Positions 63,535 through 64,000 of a stretch of 64,000 nucleotides of DNA are shown here, one piece after another; the stretch's first letter is position 1, and each line of letters opens with the position of its first letter. The notes beneath the pieces are model-generated. The model was not told where the DNA came from and made no database searches. It saw only the letters and a list, made by a program, of their open reading frames with translations. The DNA is from Vicinamibacterales bacterium (GTDB lineage: Bacteria; Acidobacteriota; Vicinamibacteria; Vicinamibacterales; JAMQPK01). Made by a program: the position numbers and the translations under genes. The stretch covers positions 8,604 through 72,603 of the forward strand of contig JAMQPK010000220.1 of the NCBI GenBank assembly GCA_023717525.1, given 5' to 3'.

Positions 63535-64000
63535 CGTCGTCCGCCAGGACCGAGCGGCAGATCAGGGCGACGCTGGCGCGGTTGGAAGGCGAGAACCGCG
63601 CCGTCCGCGAAGAACTGGATCTCGTGCTTGGTTCAAAAGCACGTCGCCTGATCCTGATGGCCCTGCATCCTCTGTGGACCCTTCGCGGCGCCGTCTCGTG
63701 GCTGATCGCGCGGACACCCCTTGTTGCTGCCACGGAACTGTGGCGCGACTTCCGCGACCACCGCATTGCATTCAGCTCTCTCGCCAGCGCTCCCGATGAA
63801 GGCGGGGCGGTCACGCAATGGAATCCGGCACTCGGCATTACCGCGGAGGTGCATGAAGGACTGCTGTGTCTTGGCGCATCCACTTTCACTTTCCGGACAG
63901 CCGTTGGCCGGGGCGCGCGGCTGCATGCGCACTGTGCGATGCTGCCGGGCGAGTGGGATGCCGGCGATCACGCGCTCGAGTTCCGCGCAAACGTCCAGGT
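63531..64000 (+). CDS. 5' part of the next glycan-locus gene (probable glycosyltransferase; coiled-coil N-terminus), truncated by the window
   Basis: GTGA overlap with the upstream stop; the frame (VTSSARTERQIRATLARLEGENRAVREELDLVLGSKARRL...) is open to the window end. Function is inferred from context only. Confidence 0.6.
   Translation, partial: MTSSARTERQIRATLARLEGENRAVREELDLVLGSKARRLILMALHPLWTLRGAVSWLIARTPLVAATELWRDFRDHRIAFSSLASAPDEGGAVTQWNPALGITAEVHEGLLCLGASTFTFRTAVGRGARLHAHCAMLPGEWDAGDHALEFRANVQ

Noticed and set aside
113-63971. Many long alternative-frame ORFs in the supplied track (e.g. 113-1021, 20497-21570, 33792-35150, 44305-45606, 59595-60749, 62020-63189)
   Set aside because: They are antisense or shifted shadows of well-supported genes, expected at high GC, and show no recognisable motifs.
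1-64000. tRNA, rRNA, riboswitches, intrinsic terminators, IS elements, prophage
   Set aside because: None recognised. Intergenic spaces are short and I saw no hairpin followed by a U-tract; a covariance-model search (Rfam/tRNAscan) would be needed to exclude small RNAs.

Overview
This is a GC-rich, densely coding bacterial chromosome segment, most likely Acidobacteriota (Vicinamibacteria-like). That assignment is inferred from the Acidobacteria-type VWA protein, the Gly/Arg-rich PQQ dehydrogenase, the PEGA/TonB genes and the many exported enzymes. About 50 CDS were called by eye. No rRNA, tRNA, CRISPR array, transposase or integrase was recognised. In order, the window holds: a partial GH44 glycanase, a VWA protein, a hydrolase and a sulfide:quinone oxidoreductase; a trehalose locus (membrane-anchored OtsA, DUF5752, TreT); a GT2 plus two GT-C glycosylation trio; an envelope cluster (DUF4136-like x3, OM beta-barrel, MltF); a divergent 'pseudo-enzyme' signalling cluster (PilZ, pseudo-receiver plus degenerate DUF4145/HEPN, pseudokinase-PEGA, TPR-TonB); a run of normally cytoplasmic catabolic enzymes carrying export signals (SelA/DgaE-like PLP enzyme, amidohydrolase, RidA, esterase, HpcH aldolase) next to a PQQ dehydrogenase and PhoD; and a ~25 kb surface-glycan locus with seven methyltransferase domains, wzm/wzt and secreted repeat proteins. 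The most unusual non-gene signal is a family of degenerate 7-nt tandem arrays (GTC-core, e.g. TGGTCCT / ATCGTCS). They flank a four-helix-bundle (23S-IVP/Avd-like) gene on both sides and also occur without such a gene at three other gene junctions. All family assignments come from motif recognition, not database searches.
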